Assembly: GCA_002269645.1 (NCBI GenBank)
Contig: NIVC01000546.1
Location: forward strand, 1 to 64,000
Length of the DNA stretch: 64,000 bases
DNA from: Macrostomum lignano
Lineage: Eukaryota
Direction: 5' to 3'
Shown here: piece by piece, positions 1 through 13,500 of the stretch
Numbering within the stretch: the first letter of the stretch is position 1
How the letters are laid out: each line of letters opens with the position of its first letter
Program-made: the position numbers and the translations under genes
The notes under the pieces: generated by a model
The model's database searches: none
What the model was told of the DNA's origin: nothing
What the model saw: only the letters and a program-made list of their open reading frames with translations

Positions 1-80
1 ACTTCTAAAGTATCGTATCGATGATTTTTAAATGCTGGTTCCAGTAAGGTCCAAGCCCCAATGCAATCAGAGCCACTCAC

Positions 81-1774
81 TACTCTCGATGCCAGTAGCG
101 TAAACGCTGTTTCGCCAGCCGGCGCCCGCAAATCTCGTCTTCTTGCCGTTGCAGGCCATTCTGCAGCTGGCTTCGGTGCCCTTGCCGTACCGGCCGTAAG
201 TATTGCCGCAGAAACAGTGAGAACTATATTGCAAGCCAAAGTACTTGTAGCCCCGCTTGATGCAGTAGTTCAGGCAGTATTTGAATGCTCATCACGCCAT
301 GTGTGTGTTCAGGAAGATCACGTGCGCTCGAATCGATGAAGCAGCCGATATAAGTGCGTTTGGAGGCTGAAATTTCGACGCGGGAATTTTCGTGTAGCCA
401 AGACGGTAAACTAGACGTTTCTTGGAAAATTTTAGGAGCCAGGTTTGGAGGCAGGTTGTTACACATTTTGATACGCAGTCATTAAGCTAAGAATGATAAA
501 GTCGACTCATAAAGCCAATGAGTCGACCCATGCCATTTTTATGATTTTTAGTCACAGGACATGTACGTAGGGCGCTCGTAGCAACATAGAATCCTAATTT
601 CCTAATTTATGAATATCAATAGAGCTATAAGAAAGGCAAGACATCAAAAGATGCGCATTGGGTCCTATCGAGAACAATAACATATTTGTGCTGAAAAAGT
701 AAAAATATCCTATCTCCGTAATGTATTTTTTAGGTAAAACCTTCCTCCTGAAATTTCCCAAGAAACATATTTTCCCGTCCTTCTACTTGATTAGTCCTTT
801 AAATCGCCTTCGATCATTCATGCTTTCCAGAAAACCATTGAAATTCCCAAAATCCAAAATTAACAAGCAAAAGATCGCTTCTAAAAGTAACTTAAAAGAT
901 TGAACTTATGTTCAAGAGACGGTTTTATCAGCGTGAAAATTCACTACTAAAGCATCAGTTCTACTCACGCGTATACTCAGTCTCGTAGATGAGGTTGCGC
1001 CAGGTGCCGCCGCAGATCTGCTTTTTGTTAACAGAGCAAGGCGTGGCGCAGTCGGCATCCAAAGCTTTGCCGTGCTTGCCGTAGCTCTTGCCGCAGAAGC
1101 AGTACGCTCCAGCCTGCAGTCCGGCGTACTTGTAGCCCAGGTTGCCGCATCTCTTCACGCAGCTGTTGACGTCGGTGGTGCCGGCGCTGTGGAATGGCAA
1201 GTCTCTGTCGCCCGTGTCAATGAAGCAGCCCAGCGTTTTGAGACTAGCCTGTTCTGCAGTTGGGCATATGGATATAGCATGTGTAGTTGTTGGATATTTG
1301 AGCTCGCGAATTAGAGAAAATCAGGAACAAAGTTACTAACCGACGGTGAGTCCAGTGGCGTAGACGCTGTTGTGCCATCCACCACCGCAGATCTGTTCCT
1401 TGTTGGCGGCACACTTGGAAGCGCATTTCGTATTCGCGCTCTTACCATAGCGGCCGTACCTATTGCCGCAGAAGCAATAGCTGGCCGCCTGGATACCGGC
1501 GTATCTGTACTTCAGCTTGCGACACACGTCGCGACATCTATAGACGTCGGTAGCTTTCACTTCAGCTTTTAGTGGCAAATCTCGTTCTCCGGTGTCCCGG
1601 TAGCAACCGAGGCTTGTGTAGGTTGGAGCTAAATTTGTATTTGTTAGAGGAGTCAAGGTCTGTGCGCTGCTACAATCAACACAATCTCCACCACTTACCT
1701 TTCAAAGCTTCCTCTGTGGTCGAATCTTGCGAAGCGACGGCCGCCACAAGGCAGAGCAGGAGAACGAACCGCAT
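81..1774 (-). CDS. Secreted protein with a signal peptide and at least 3 tandem WSC domains; gene continues beyond the left window edge
   Basis: Exons 1774-1699 (MRFVLLLCLVAAVASQDSTTEEALK, signal peptide), 1628-1341, 1253-969 and 366-81, all GT-AG and phase 1. Each of the last three encodes a WSC pattern (LGC[YF].D...RDLP...C...C....Y.YAG.Q....CFCG..YG..G......C...C.......CGG.W.N.[VI]Y). The 366-81 exon is 286 nt and frameshifted. Confidence 0.9.
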
Positions 1775-1989
1775 GGTATGAGTCTTAGAGCAAACTAGTT
1801 GCGGTTTATTAGACCTCAAAAGTTGGAGTTGCGCGGAGTCAGAAGTCAGTCAGGGGTCTGTTTTTTATCCTTTTCTGTTGAAGTGGGGTTGCTGGCTACT
1901 TGGTAAACAACTCGACGGATGGCCCAGAGCCTGCATAAAAATTTGACTTAATTGCATTTTTCAAACCGTCACATTGAGCCAGGAGGTTT

Positions 1990-2260
1990 GCAGAACCACC
2001 TGCTGCCACGGGCAGGGAACCGCGGCGTGGCCGTGCCAGGGAGACCCAGAGCAGGAGCTTGGGGTGGCAACCCTTCCCCGACCCATTTTCATACAACTAT
2101 AGGCTTGGCTACAGTTGTTCAGTTTGCACCGTTTGCACCAGAACTGAACAACTGTGGCAAGGCTGACAGTTGTACATGTATGAAAATGGGTGTCGGAGAA
2201 AAGTTGCTACCCCAGGTTCTGGCCCTGGGTCTCCTTGGCCGTGAAGGGGTGGCTGCAATT
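1990..2260. other. Long imperfect fold-back (inverted repeat), MITE-like or hairpin
   Basis: GGGGTGGCAAC (2061) pairs with GTTGCTACCCC (2203-2213); CCGACCCATTTTCATAC pairs with GTATGAAAATGGGTGTCGG; CTACAGTTGTTCAGTT pairs with AACTGAACAACTGTGG; outer CCAGGGAGACC pairs with GGTCTCCTTGG. Confidence 0.7.
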
Positions 2261-2890
2261 TGCTGACGCACGCTTTCAGCTACCAGTAGCTGCGATCCCC
2301 ACTTTCCGATCCCCAGACCCTCAGCCGAGTCGCGCGCCAAAAAAAATTCGCTTGCATAACTCGCGAAAGACCAAGAGCGTCTTTTGCGCCCCTACCGAGC
2401 CCCCAAGACTTCTGACAGCAATAGGGTTGGGCGTTGAAGGCGCGGCATGAGTAGACTGGTTGCCAATCCAATGAAACGATAATCAAGGGAAAAACACTGC
2501 GCTCATGTCCAGTCAGGAATGGAATCGATTGAGTCTTACAGTCGTAATTTTTATAGAACCTCCCCATGGCCATATACGATAGCACTGTAATGAAGCTATT
2601 GAGTTATTATTGAAATATCTCGCGAGGGGTTGATTGTTTTTGCGGCTCAGAGTAAACCAACTCAGCACTGACTCCGGACTAGCTCTGGAATCGTTGGCCT
2701 TGGCAGGGGTGACCTTGAATTTCCACTGCAAAATTTAAGTCGTACGAGCGTATAGCTACACAGGAAGGGAATTCACAAAGTCTTATGCACACGTCCGCTC
2801 CGCGCTCTCGTATTAACTTGCATTTCCATCACTGCCCAGATTGACGCTTGGCTAGAATTCTTCATCAAAGTTTTTGGAAGCGACATCACG

Positions 2891-3130
2891 CTTTCTTCTT
2901 TCCTTTCCTCTCTTGTCTTCTCTCTTCTTGCCTCTCCTCTCTTCCATCTTTTTTTTATTCCTCTCCTCTCTCTCTTCTCCTCTCTCCCCTCTCCTCTCTC
3001 CTCTCTCCTCTCTCCTCTCTCTTCTCTCCTCTCTCTTCTCTTTTCCTCTATCTCCGCTCCTTTCCCCCTTCTCCCCACTTTCCTCTTTCTTTTTCTCTTC
3101 ACCTCTCCCCTCTCTCCTCTCCTTGTTCTC
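2891..3130. repeat. CT/GA-rich low-complexity tract
   Basis: Near-pure pyrimidine run (CTCT/CTCCT variants). It generates the spurious SLLSPL and ERRE ORFs. Confidence 0.95.
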
Positions 3131-4516
3131 ACCCAGCATTCCCCTTGAGCCCTGGCATCTCAGAAACTTCTCTTGGGCAAAAAATATTGACTTTTGTAAC
3201 TTTAAGCAGTTTTTAGATTCGGTTTTTCGCGTCGTTTCGGAGATTAGATTAGGCAAGCCTATGGTTACCGATAGGGATGAGAATTCGAAATTGTTGGAAA
3301 ACTTTGTTTTGATGAAGCAAACCAACAGATTCTCCGAGACAGAATGACCTGGAACGCCCCCCCCCCCACCAGGATCATTTTCTAGGACAAAGTAAGTCAT
3401 AAAAGTTGTTTTCGAAACTATAGTGAGATACTATAGAAAAATAGCGCTGTTAAGCTACCGGGGAGCAGAGCAGGCCAGGGAACCCGCCCCCGGAAACCTC
3501 TCGGCTTTATTCGCCAGTTCCCAGGGGGAAGGCAGTCAAAGTGGCGCCAAAATTTAGTTGCCTAGAAGAGACAAAAGAATTAGAGCGGCGGGGGTTAGTG
3601 TTAAAGAACTTTAAAAATGAATATCACAAAAACAACTCCATAAATTTTGGGCCGGGTTGCAGTCGAGCCTTGCCTTGTGTTGGCGTTGCTCTATCGGAGC
3701 AGAACTTCCTTAGTATATAGCAGCTCTTTTAGAATCCTCATTTATTCCTTAACGCTTAGAAGCGCAACCCACGGCTCCCGTATGCGTAGTTGATGGGCCA
3801 TGCAGCGAGCGCATGACCCAACCCAGCGCAGGCCCTCCTCTGCAACAATCGATTTTCTGTCTACGACTGCAGAGTTAAAGAGCCCCACTCATGCATTTGT
3901 TATTTGCAGTAAAGAGTTTTAAATGAAATAGGACCGACAAACGTCAAGAGTGGTTTTTTGAATGGGTTGAAATACAAGCGTAAGAGCTATGCTAATCTTT
4001 GTTACATACTTGTAGCAAAAATATTGAATAGAATCCAGCCTGAGAATAGGCTTGGCACCATCTGTATGACAGCATTCGCACGGGATGGTCACATGATCTG
4101 CAACTTTCACTGCAGCGCACCTTGAAAAGTTAAACAATTTTTTTCTTTGCCATTGCCACCTTTCTCCCTCAAAGAATTAAATTTTCAGATCGCAAAGCTT
4201 GGAAGAAATAGACTGATTAGAAGGCCTGCTTATCTGTATTGAGTTGAGAGACCCCTCAGTGCTGGGAAGGCCCATTCCGATAGCAAACTGGTGGCAGCTT
4301 TCACCAGCCAGTGCGGGGCCTGGCGCTGTATCAATACTTTCCCTTGGTGGCAGCAGGCCCTCAACTCTTTCGGGGCAAGCCAAACTGATAAGCGAACACT
4401 GGGCAGAGCCGGCGTCAGGAGTATGAAAGCGCCGAAAAAAAATGATTTTTTGAAAGACTAGTTCGGCTCGGCATTTGTGCGAGACCAAAATTTCTAGCTG
4501 AAACGACAGCACTGTC

Positions 4517-7500
4517 ATGGGAATCCGGCTGCGCACGACTTCGGTCTTCGCCGCCTTGCTGCTGGCTGCTTGCATCGCCGGCACGGGTAAGTCGGTCGGA
4601 TGAGAAAAGCCGAAAAATTGAATTAAGCATTCGCGTCAGTCCGACAACGACATGCTCATTGGGCAAAAAGACAAAGATTTACAAAGTAATCAATAGTTGC
4701 CAAATTAAAGTCACAGAAAGCCACTTCAGGACATACATTAAATGCGACTCTTGGTCCTTATAAGCTAACATTTGCATACACTTTGTACAATAACGTTCGT
4801 ACACACATCTACAGGTAACTTTGGAATTTATAAGTCGAAACTTGCATTAACCATTCTCATGCAGCAAGGATGCACTTGAGAATAGCTGCAATGTAGTTAT
4901 TGACGCAAGGATGCACTTGAGAATAGCTGCAATGTAGTTATTGACGCAAGGATGCACTTGAGAATAGCTGCAATGTAGTTATTGACGCAAGGATGCACTT
5001 GAGAATAGCTGCAATGTAGTTATTGACGCAAGGATGCACTTGAGAATAGCTGCAATGTAGTTATTGACGCAAGGATGCACTTGAGAATAGCTGCAATGTA
5101 GTTATTGACGCAAGGATGCACTTGAGAATAGCTGTAATGTAGTTATTGACGCCGCTGAAAAAGATGCCTTACAATTTCAGGAGCTCAGAATAATGGAAAA
5201 TGCCCGGCGGGTTGGGTCGGCCGCGAAAACAGCAACTGGTGCTACGAGTTCGCTAGCAGCAACGGCAACTACAAGTCCTGGGATGACGCCAAGCTCGCCT
5301 GCGAGGTGCAGCACGGAACTCTGTTGGCCATGGCCGACGTCAGCGAGAGGGTAAACACGCCTCTAATGCTACGGGCACAACTGTCGAAGAAAGAATGCAA
5401 GCCTAATTCGCTAGTTCGAAATTTCCGAGTATTCAATTTTAGTTTAAAACTCAAAACTTGAGACGGTCGAACTCGAACAATTTGTAAACTTTTTAGGCCG
5501 AAATTTAACATACTAGAAATAGTGTCAGTTTAAAGGTAAAAGTACAAGCCAACAGTTTTGTTTTTATTTTCGGCTAACTGACTGTTGGAGTTGGTAAAAC
5601 GCCCATGGACACGGGATCACACAATACCAAGAGTAGCACCCAATATTTGCGTTTTTGATTTATAATTCAGTTGGGCTAATTAGACGATAGCCTAATAAAT
5701 TATATATGACCTACTCAATGCAGGAGTGGGTGGCACGAAGAGTTAACGGGTTCCAGTCTGGTAGCAGCTGGTGGCTCGGTCTTGAGAGAACCACCGGAGT
5801 CTGGCGATGGGTCGACAACCGCAGCGGAGGAGAGACGCCGGGAAACTCACCGGAGGACGGCAGGGTGCTGTAAGTTTGTTCCACCGGTTTTTCGTGTATA
5901 ACTTGAGACACTTCACACTGCAATAATCGCAAACTCGAGAAAGCTTACTCACAAGTATTCAGTAGTATGACTAAGTAAATTTGCAGGGTCCGTCAAACTT
6001 AAAAATTTTAGCAAGATAATTATAACAATTGATTACACCTGCGCCAATCGGCAGATGTGCAACCGACAGCTCAGCCGCAGCTTTTGCGCGCGGCGTATCT
6101 TAAGCGTATCTTCCCTTGCGTATCTTCCCTTGTACGGCTGTTCAGTGCAAGGACTGGGGGGGGGGGTCGCCACACACACCCTCAATTACCCCAGCTAATG
6201 CTGGCACCCATTTTACATCTGGGTGAACTGAAGCAATGCAGAGTTAAGTATCCTGCTCAAGGACACAAATTGTTCCGCGTGGTTCGAGAATCGAAACCCC
6301 GACCTTTAAGTCGTGAGTCCGAAGCCCTAACCACTAGGCTACAACCCCCATGTAGTCCATGATGTCTAGTATCTTAAATTGGATCTTCACAAAATAACGC
6401 TCGCAGCACGTGGTACGAAGGTCACAGTGACAGCAGTCCTGGCAACTGCATGAGCATCAGGGTGGACGGCACAAAAAGCGAAATCCTATACGTGTATCCG
6501 CGATCTTGCAACAAAATGGCTGCCTACATTTGCAAGAAGCAGAAGCGTAGGTCAAGTTCTTGCCTGTCACTGCATCATATACAGTTCTTGTGCCACTCTA
6601 CAAACACCAAAACGAATGCCAAATTCCAGAGGACGCAACGACTTGCGATGCGGACGACGGCTGGGAGACTCACGGAGACCGGTGCTATAAAGCTTTCAAC
6701 TCTGATAACAATGGAGCCTATTGGGAAGACGCTCGGTGAGTACTTGTGCGTGTGTGCAGTTAGGACCTCAACTTCAGGGACTTTGCTTTGCTCCTCCACT
6801 AAAAAGTAGAATGTATAGAATATCGCGCAAGAGTCTTGAATGACTTAGGAAAACGGAAGCCAGTCCGGATCATTTAGAATGTACAGGTACATTTAGAATG
6901 TCCGGACTCGATTCGTTTTTAAGTAGCTATATACGAGCGTACTTCCCTCTAATTGCAGAGACCATTGCAACCGCATCGAATCGGACCTAGTGATCGTGAA
7001 CGACGCGACCACTAGTCAAATTGTCAGGGACATTGTGAATCGCGGTGGTCCCGGGGCCATCACAAATACCTTCTGGATTGGTCTGCGATCGGTTCAGACT
7101 GGCAGCAATCCCGATCAGTATTCGTGGCGCTGGGTAGACAACTCGCCAGCGATTTACAAGGCTTGGACAAACGGCGAGGAGCCACAGGCTCAAAAAGGCC
7201 TTTGCGTGCACACCGAGGGCACGGATTCATCCCAGCTTTGGCGCGCCTACGGCTGCAATGGCCGAAGGTTCGGCTTTGTGTGCTCCCGGCCCACAGGTAC
7301 TTGCGCCACCGGCTGGTACCAGCACCGGGACACCTGTTATTCTCTGAATCCCACCCAGCTGTCCTGGACACAAGCCTCCGACCACTGCCAGTCCTACGGA
7401 GCGACTCTGCTGAGAATCAAGCAGTGAGTGACAACTGCAGGCATGAAGTTCTTTGTCTTCTCAACTGTATTCCGTCTTTTAATGGATTTGAAAGCTCATA

Positions 7501-10500
7501 AATGTTTTACCTATTTCAGGGACCATGTGCAAAAGTTCATCAATATGTACAGGGAGGATTTTGCTAGAAATGGGATCGAATACATTTGGATGGGAATGTA
7601 CCGTAAGTACTGATTGTAACTTCAAGGATAATTACGAGATAAATAGTAATACATAGTCATGAGATGATTGTATCGACACTTGAAGCAAAAATATTTCATA
7701 GGTTTGTAAGTTTCTTTTTAACACCTCGTCTAGTCTTAGGATCTTAGGTCGAAAATATTAGCAACCAGGTACGCCAGGTGTCCAAAAAACTCCGGCCCAC
7801 GGGTCAAATGAGACCCACAAAGCCTCTCTATCCGGCCCTCGAACTCTTTGAAGTGGCAATCCAGCTAGTTCAATTTTTAGAACTCTTCTCAGCTCTCCTT
7901 ATCTCTAATCTCTTTTCTTTCTTTCTTCTCTCCTCTCTCCTGTCCCATTGCCCTCTCTTCTCTCTCTCCTCTCTTCCCTCTCCTCTCTCTCCTTCTCATG
8001 CCCGCAGTCATGTGCTAGGCACTGCTAGCTTGTACGAGCGTAGATGTGAGCCGTCCCCATGGGGACGCTTTTATAAGACCTCAATTTCATAACGCCCAAA
8101 ACCACCACACTTCACAACGCCTAAATTTCATATCGCCTAAATTTTATAACGGAAAAAAATGAATGTGAACGAGCGTGCAGAGATTTTAGGCATTGTGAAA
8201 TTCAGGCGATATGAAGTTTAGTTGATGTGAAGTCATGTGCTTGTGAAATTTGGGTCTTAAAATACCGGTCAGACAGACATTAGAGATTTAGTATATTGTA
8301 AAAGCGCCCCATTTCAGTGGGTTCACAAGCTTAGTGACATTTATTTTCTCATTGAACTTTAACTCGATAGGCGCTGTATCAGAAAGCGGAGAAATCAAGT
8401 GGACCTCCGGCGACCCGGTCAGCTCGGGATACACCAACTGGGCCAACGGCCAACCTCAGCTGGACGATGGAAGAGCCAACGCCGGTAGAGTCATCGCCAT
8501 CGATGACGGAGGTCGCTGGCAGATTGCGAATCCAACGGCAAAAGGCGGATTCGTGTGCGAGATACCTTTGGGAAAGACGCCGCTAGTGCCAACTACAGTT
8601 TATCGTAAGTACCAAACTTTACCAGTTAAGACATTTTTAAACTGTCAGCCGAGTAAATATTAGAAACAGGGTGTAAAAGCGTACAAGTACAGCGTAGTTT
8701 AAAGAGGATGTGAACTAAAGAGTCAGAATGGAGCCCGAAACATTGGGTCCCGATTTCTCTACGCCAATCCCTTCATTTTGAGCCAAATAGCTCCCGTTAT
8801 GTCTAAAACCGACCACTTTAGCATTTGGGGATCTCTATGGGGAGAAATGGGATGAATGGCGATTTCATGTGATCGGAAACCTTTCTGTGTTATTTTGAGT
8901 TTAAAATGTTTTCATTGTGTTTTTTCAGGACCCTCTAACATACAGCCATTTATGAAACATTGTACTAAAACTTGACGTTAGTTACATGAGAATGATTCAG
9001 GGCATGTACGTTTAGGATAACATAAACATTATTAAGAGATAACATAACGGGGCATACTATAACATTACTATCGCTCCTATTCTTCATAAAAACACATAAA
9101 AAGAGCGTTTATCATGGTTATCTCGTCATTCAAGCAGTTGAAGCTCCAAATGAAGGGACTGGCGTAGAGAAACCGGGACCGAATGCTTCGGGCTCCATTT
9201 TGACTCTTAAGTTCACATCCTCCTTCGTTCGAATCGCTAACAAAATACTAGACTCTTAGGCGTTTTAGCTTTTAAATTGACAACATATTTTTATAATTTC
9301 GAGGGTTTTCTACCGGTTAATTGAGATTTCCATTTGTGAAAATACTGTGTAATGCAAAAACGCTTTCAAGCAAAAAAATACTCCTAAATTTACAACCACT
9401 ATTCCAAGGCTGAACTTTGTAACTTTGAACCTTGCACCTTGCAGCAAGTTTTGTTTGCGAGCAAGGCTGGATCCTGTACGGTTCTCGCTGCTACAAGCTG
9501 GAGTCAAACAAGTTCGTGGACTGGCTGACCGCCAGAGCCAACTGCCAGGCGTTTCCAGGCGCCGATCTCATCGACATCCGGGGCAGATCCGAGCAAGAGT
9601 TCATTCAGAAGCAGCTGGACCCGAGACGCGACTACTGGATCGGACTGCACACCCGCAGCACGGAGGACCGTAGCTGGGTGTGGGTTGTGGACAACTCACC
9701 CATGGACTACCAGAACTGGCAGAAGGGCGAGCCAAATAACCTGGAGAAAGAAGAGAATTGCGTAGAGATGTACACCTCCGGCACGTGGAATGACAACAGA
9801 TGCACTTACCGATTGTCATACATCTGCAAAGTGCTCGCAAGTAAGTAAAATCTCTGTTCAAAAATTCTGATCAAGCAGCTATTTTTCACAAGTCTAACTG
9901 ACCCAGAAGCATGACTATAATGATAATTTGGGACGTTTTTGTCATAGACGTGAACGGATCGCCGCGGCCTACGTTGCCGGGCACAACTACACCAAATTTC
10001 GATCCGTTTTGCGGACCACTGTGGAGACGAGATCCGACGTCGAACTATTGCTACCTGTTTAACACGGACCCGTTAATCTGGTTCGACGCCAAGCATCAGT
10101 GCGAGTTCCAAGGAGGCAAACTGGCCAGCATTGTCACTCAGGAGGTGAGACTTCGATCGCCGTATCGATTTTGGTGGCCTGAACAGAATCTTATTGAATT
10201 TTGAGGCTGCAGTTATGCATGTAACAGGTACCCTCGTAGAACGGAAGCTAGCTGGTGCACTAATATAGAAATATTTGCCTAGATAAACAAAAATACAGCG
10301 TATGGCGCACAATTGTAATCACAATATACTAATCTTATATTGCTAAATTTAAAGTCACTTAAACTCATCATTATTTACTTTAATTGCAGGAAAAGGCATA
10401 CATTGCCGCACGAATCAAAACTATGAAGGACGAAGACAGTGGAATTCTCGGCTTCTGGCTGGGTTTTAATGACAGGTAATAAAGTTGGAATGATTCTACA

Positions 10501-13500
10501 TGCTTCAATACATCTCCTTTGCGTGAAGCTAGGTAGCAGGTAGCCGATAATGTAGAACTACACGGTGAAGCCACCAAAAGGGAATATTTATCATTCTGCG
10601 TAACAGGGCCGAGGAAGGCTACTGGGTGTGGGACGACGGCGAGCCGGTGACTTACCTGAATTGGGTGGCCGGCGAGCCAAACAACGCCGGAGCTGGCGAA
10701 GACTGCGGCATGATCTACGCTGATTCGGCCATGTGGAATGACGTCGCCTGCGAAAAGCGATACGCCAGCATCTGCAAAAAGCTGGGAAATGTGCTCATAA
10801 CTATTGAGCCGCCACCAGCAACCACCATTGAAGTTCCGGATGGCTACCTGAGGGGCTGTCGAGATGGCTACAGTGTCCATAACAACATGTGCTACAAGGT
10901 TTTTACGTCTAGAGATGATGAGATGACCTGGTACGACGCAAAGGCGAGATGCCAACTAGAGGGAGGCGACCTTGCGTCCGTTATGAACCTGGCTGAGCAG
11001 CAATTCTTGCAAGAGCTGGCTGTCCCAAGAGATTGTAAGACATTCTGAGCATCGACGCTGCTCTTCTGAATTTATACCATGTACTCGTAAATGCATGTGG
11101 TGCTAAACTGTTGTTTTCGAATTGCAGTCAGCTACTGGATCGGCCTCTACGACTCCTTGGCCATTGACAGAATGATGTATTTTAAGTGGTCAGACACATC
11201 CAAGCCGACATTTACATATTGGTTTAAGAATGAGCCGAATAACTATCTGAAAAAAGATGACTGCGTTGAAATCGTCAATATGTGGGGTGGTTGGGTGAGT
11301 ACTATACAATATTCTAAAACTTCGGAAAACTTTAGCGTGCAAGGTAAAGAGAATCGTCGATTGTATTTTACGCTCGTAAATTTCTGAAATCGAACTTCGA
11401 CAAAAATGTCTATCTTTTTTAAGCATATCTTCCCAGCTTTCATATAAAGGCGAACTAAAGTTCAAGTATCAATTTTTCATGTGAACAACGGGAGAACACT
11501 GCATGGCTGCTCAATCACTACAGCGCCACGGCGCTTCCAGTAAGGTAGTTTTTGGCCAAAAGGCAGTTTTTAGAACAGGGATCAGCAAACTTTCTACCTC
11601 AAGGGCCAGATAAAGAATCCAGCTCGTGGCTGCGGGCCAGGTGAGATTGGAAAGAATGGGGGAGAGAGAAGAAAGAGATGAAAGATGACAGCAAGGAGGA
11701 GAGGTGAGAGGTGAGATGAGAGGCTATGAGAGAAGAGATGAGTGAGAAGAAAGGAGATGAGATGACAGGAGAGAGAAGAGAAGAGAGAGAAGAGAAAAAG
11801 AGAGAATAGAAGAGGCGAGGAGAGGAGAGGAGAGGAGAGGAGAGGAGAGGAGACGAGACGAGAGGAGAGGAGAGGAGAGGAGAGGAGAGGAGAGGAGAGG
11901 AGAGGAGGAGAGGAGAGGAGAGGAGAGGAGATGAGAGGAGAGAAGAGGAGAGGAGAGGAGAGGAGATGAGAGAAGTGGAGAGGAGAGGAGAGGAGAGGAG
12001 AGGAGAGGAGAGAAGTGGAGAGGAGAGGAGAGTAGAGGAGAGTAGAGGAGAGTCTTCTCTCTGAAAAAAATTCCTCAAAGGAACAAGGCTTAAAAAATTG
12101 GACTCCACCAAGGAGAGAGTAACAAGTGTGCTAAGAGGGGTCACGAAGGAGTTCCAGAGTTGCATCAGGAGCTGCTACCAGCCAATTAAAGTAATGCGTA
12201 TAAAGCGTCGGCAATCAGTTTGAAAGCCGTAGTTGACTGAATTTTTCATTGTTCATTAAAAGTTTATATTGAAAAATTCTCGATCGTTTCTTTTTGACCA
12301 CACCTTGTAATATTGAATTTGCAATTTATTTGTACAGAACGGCCGATGGAACGACCAAAACTGCGATAAAAAGCGCCGGTTCGCTTGCAAACAGCGCCAG
12401 AAACCGGTGTTGGTCCTGCCCCCAGTTACTAAACCACCCGGCTGTCCGGAAGGCTACGACGATGCCTACGGTGGGCAGTGTCTGAAATTCGTCACCGGTA
12501 CAACGCTTATGACTGCCACGGCTGCGAAAGCGGCCTGCCAAGCCGACGGGGGCTTTCTGGCTTCAATCCCAACGGAGGATGTGCAGAATCACATTTTCCT
12601 GAGGCTCACAGAGCTGCGGCAAACCAGCAACTATTGGATCGGCCTCGTCCGCTCTGGTTTGTCCTTTAGGTGGGAGGATGGACGCCAGTTCTCTTATTCG
12701 AACTGGATGCCTAATTCGATCCTCTATGGCTTGCAAGGCCAGATATCTCCCATACTAGGCTTTTGGCAGATGAGCTACTCAACAATCCAGGGCAACAGAA
12801 ACTACATCTGCCAAGTGAACCAGATTGGATATTCAACGCCCACCAAGCCGCCGACAACCTACAACCCGGAGTATTGCGCGTACAGCTGGGTAGAAGCTAA
12901 TGGAAACTGCTACAAAGGCTTCAGTGCAACGGACGCAGAAAACAAGCTGACTTGGTCGGAGGCCAGAGCCCACTGCAAAAGCCTCAGCGGAGATTTGGCC
13001 AGCATTCACAACAATGAGACAATGACGAAGCTAGAAGAGACAGTTGGCGGTTCAATTGGCTACTGGATTGGGCTGAACACTAGAGATGAGAACAAGGGAT
13101 TCGTATGGGCCGATGGTTCGCCAGCAAACTACTTTAAATGGCGAGGTGACAAACAGCCCGAAAACATCAATAATAATCAGAACTGCGGTGTCCTTAGTCC
13201 ATCCGACATGAGTTGGGTAATAGACAATTGCAATGCCGCTATGAACTGGATTTGTGAGACGCCCAAGGGTATTTATCCCACTGGAACAACAGTTGAGCCA
13301 ACAACGCCTCCCGATGCGCCCGATTGTGGAGATGGTTGGAAATACTACAATGGCTCGTGCTATTTGATGTCAACGACACTTCTAGAGTGGCACAATGCCT
13401 TGAAATACTGCCGCGACGTGAACGCAGATTTAGCCAGTATTCACGGCAACGAGGAGACCGACTTCCTTTTAAGGCTGAGCAGCAAGCTGCACATCAGCAT

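Noticed and set aside
2767-2776. kappaB-like site GGGAATTCAC between the WSC and lectin genes
   Set aside because: A single imperfect 10-mer is expected by chance.
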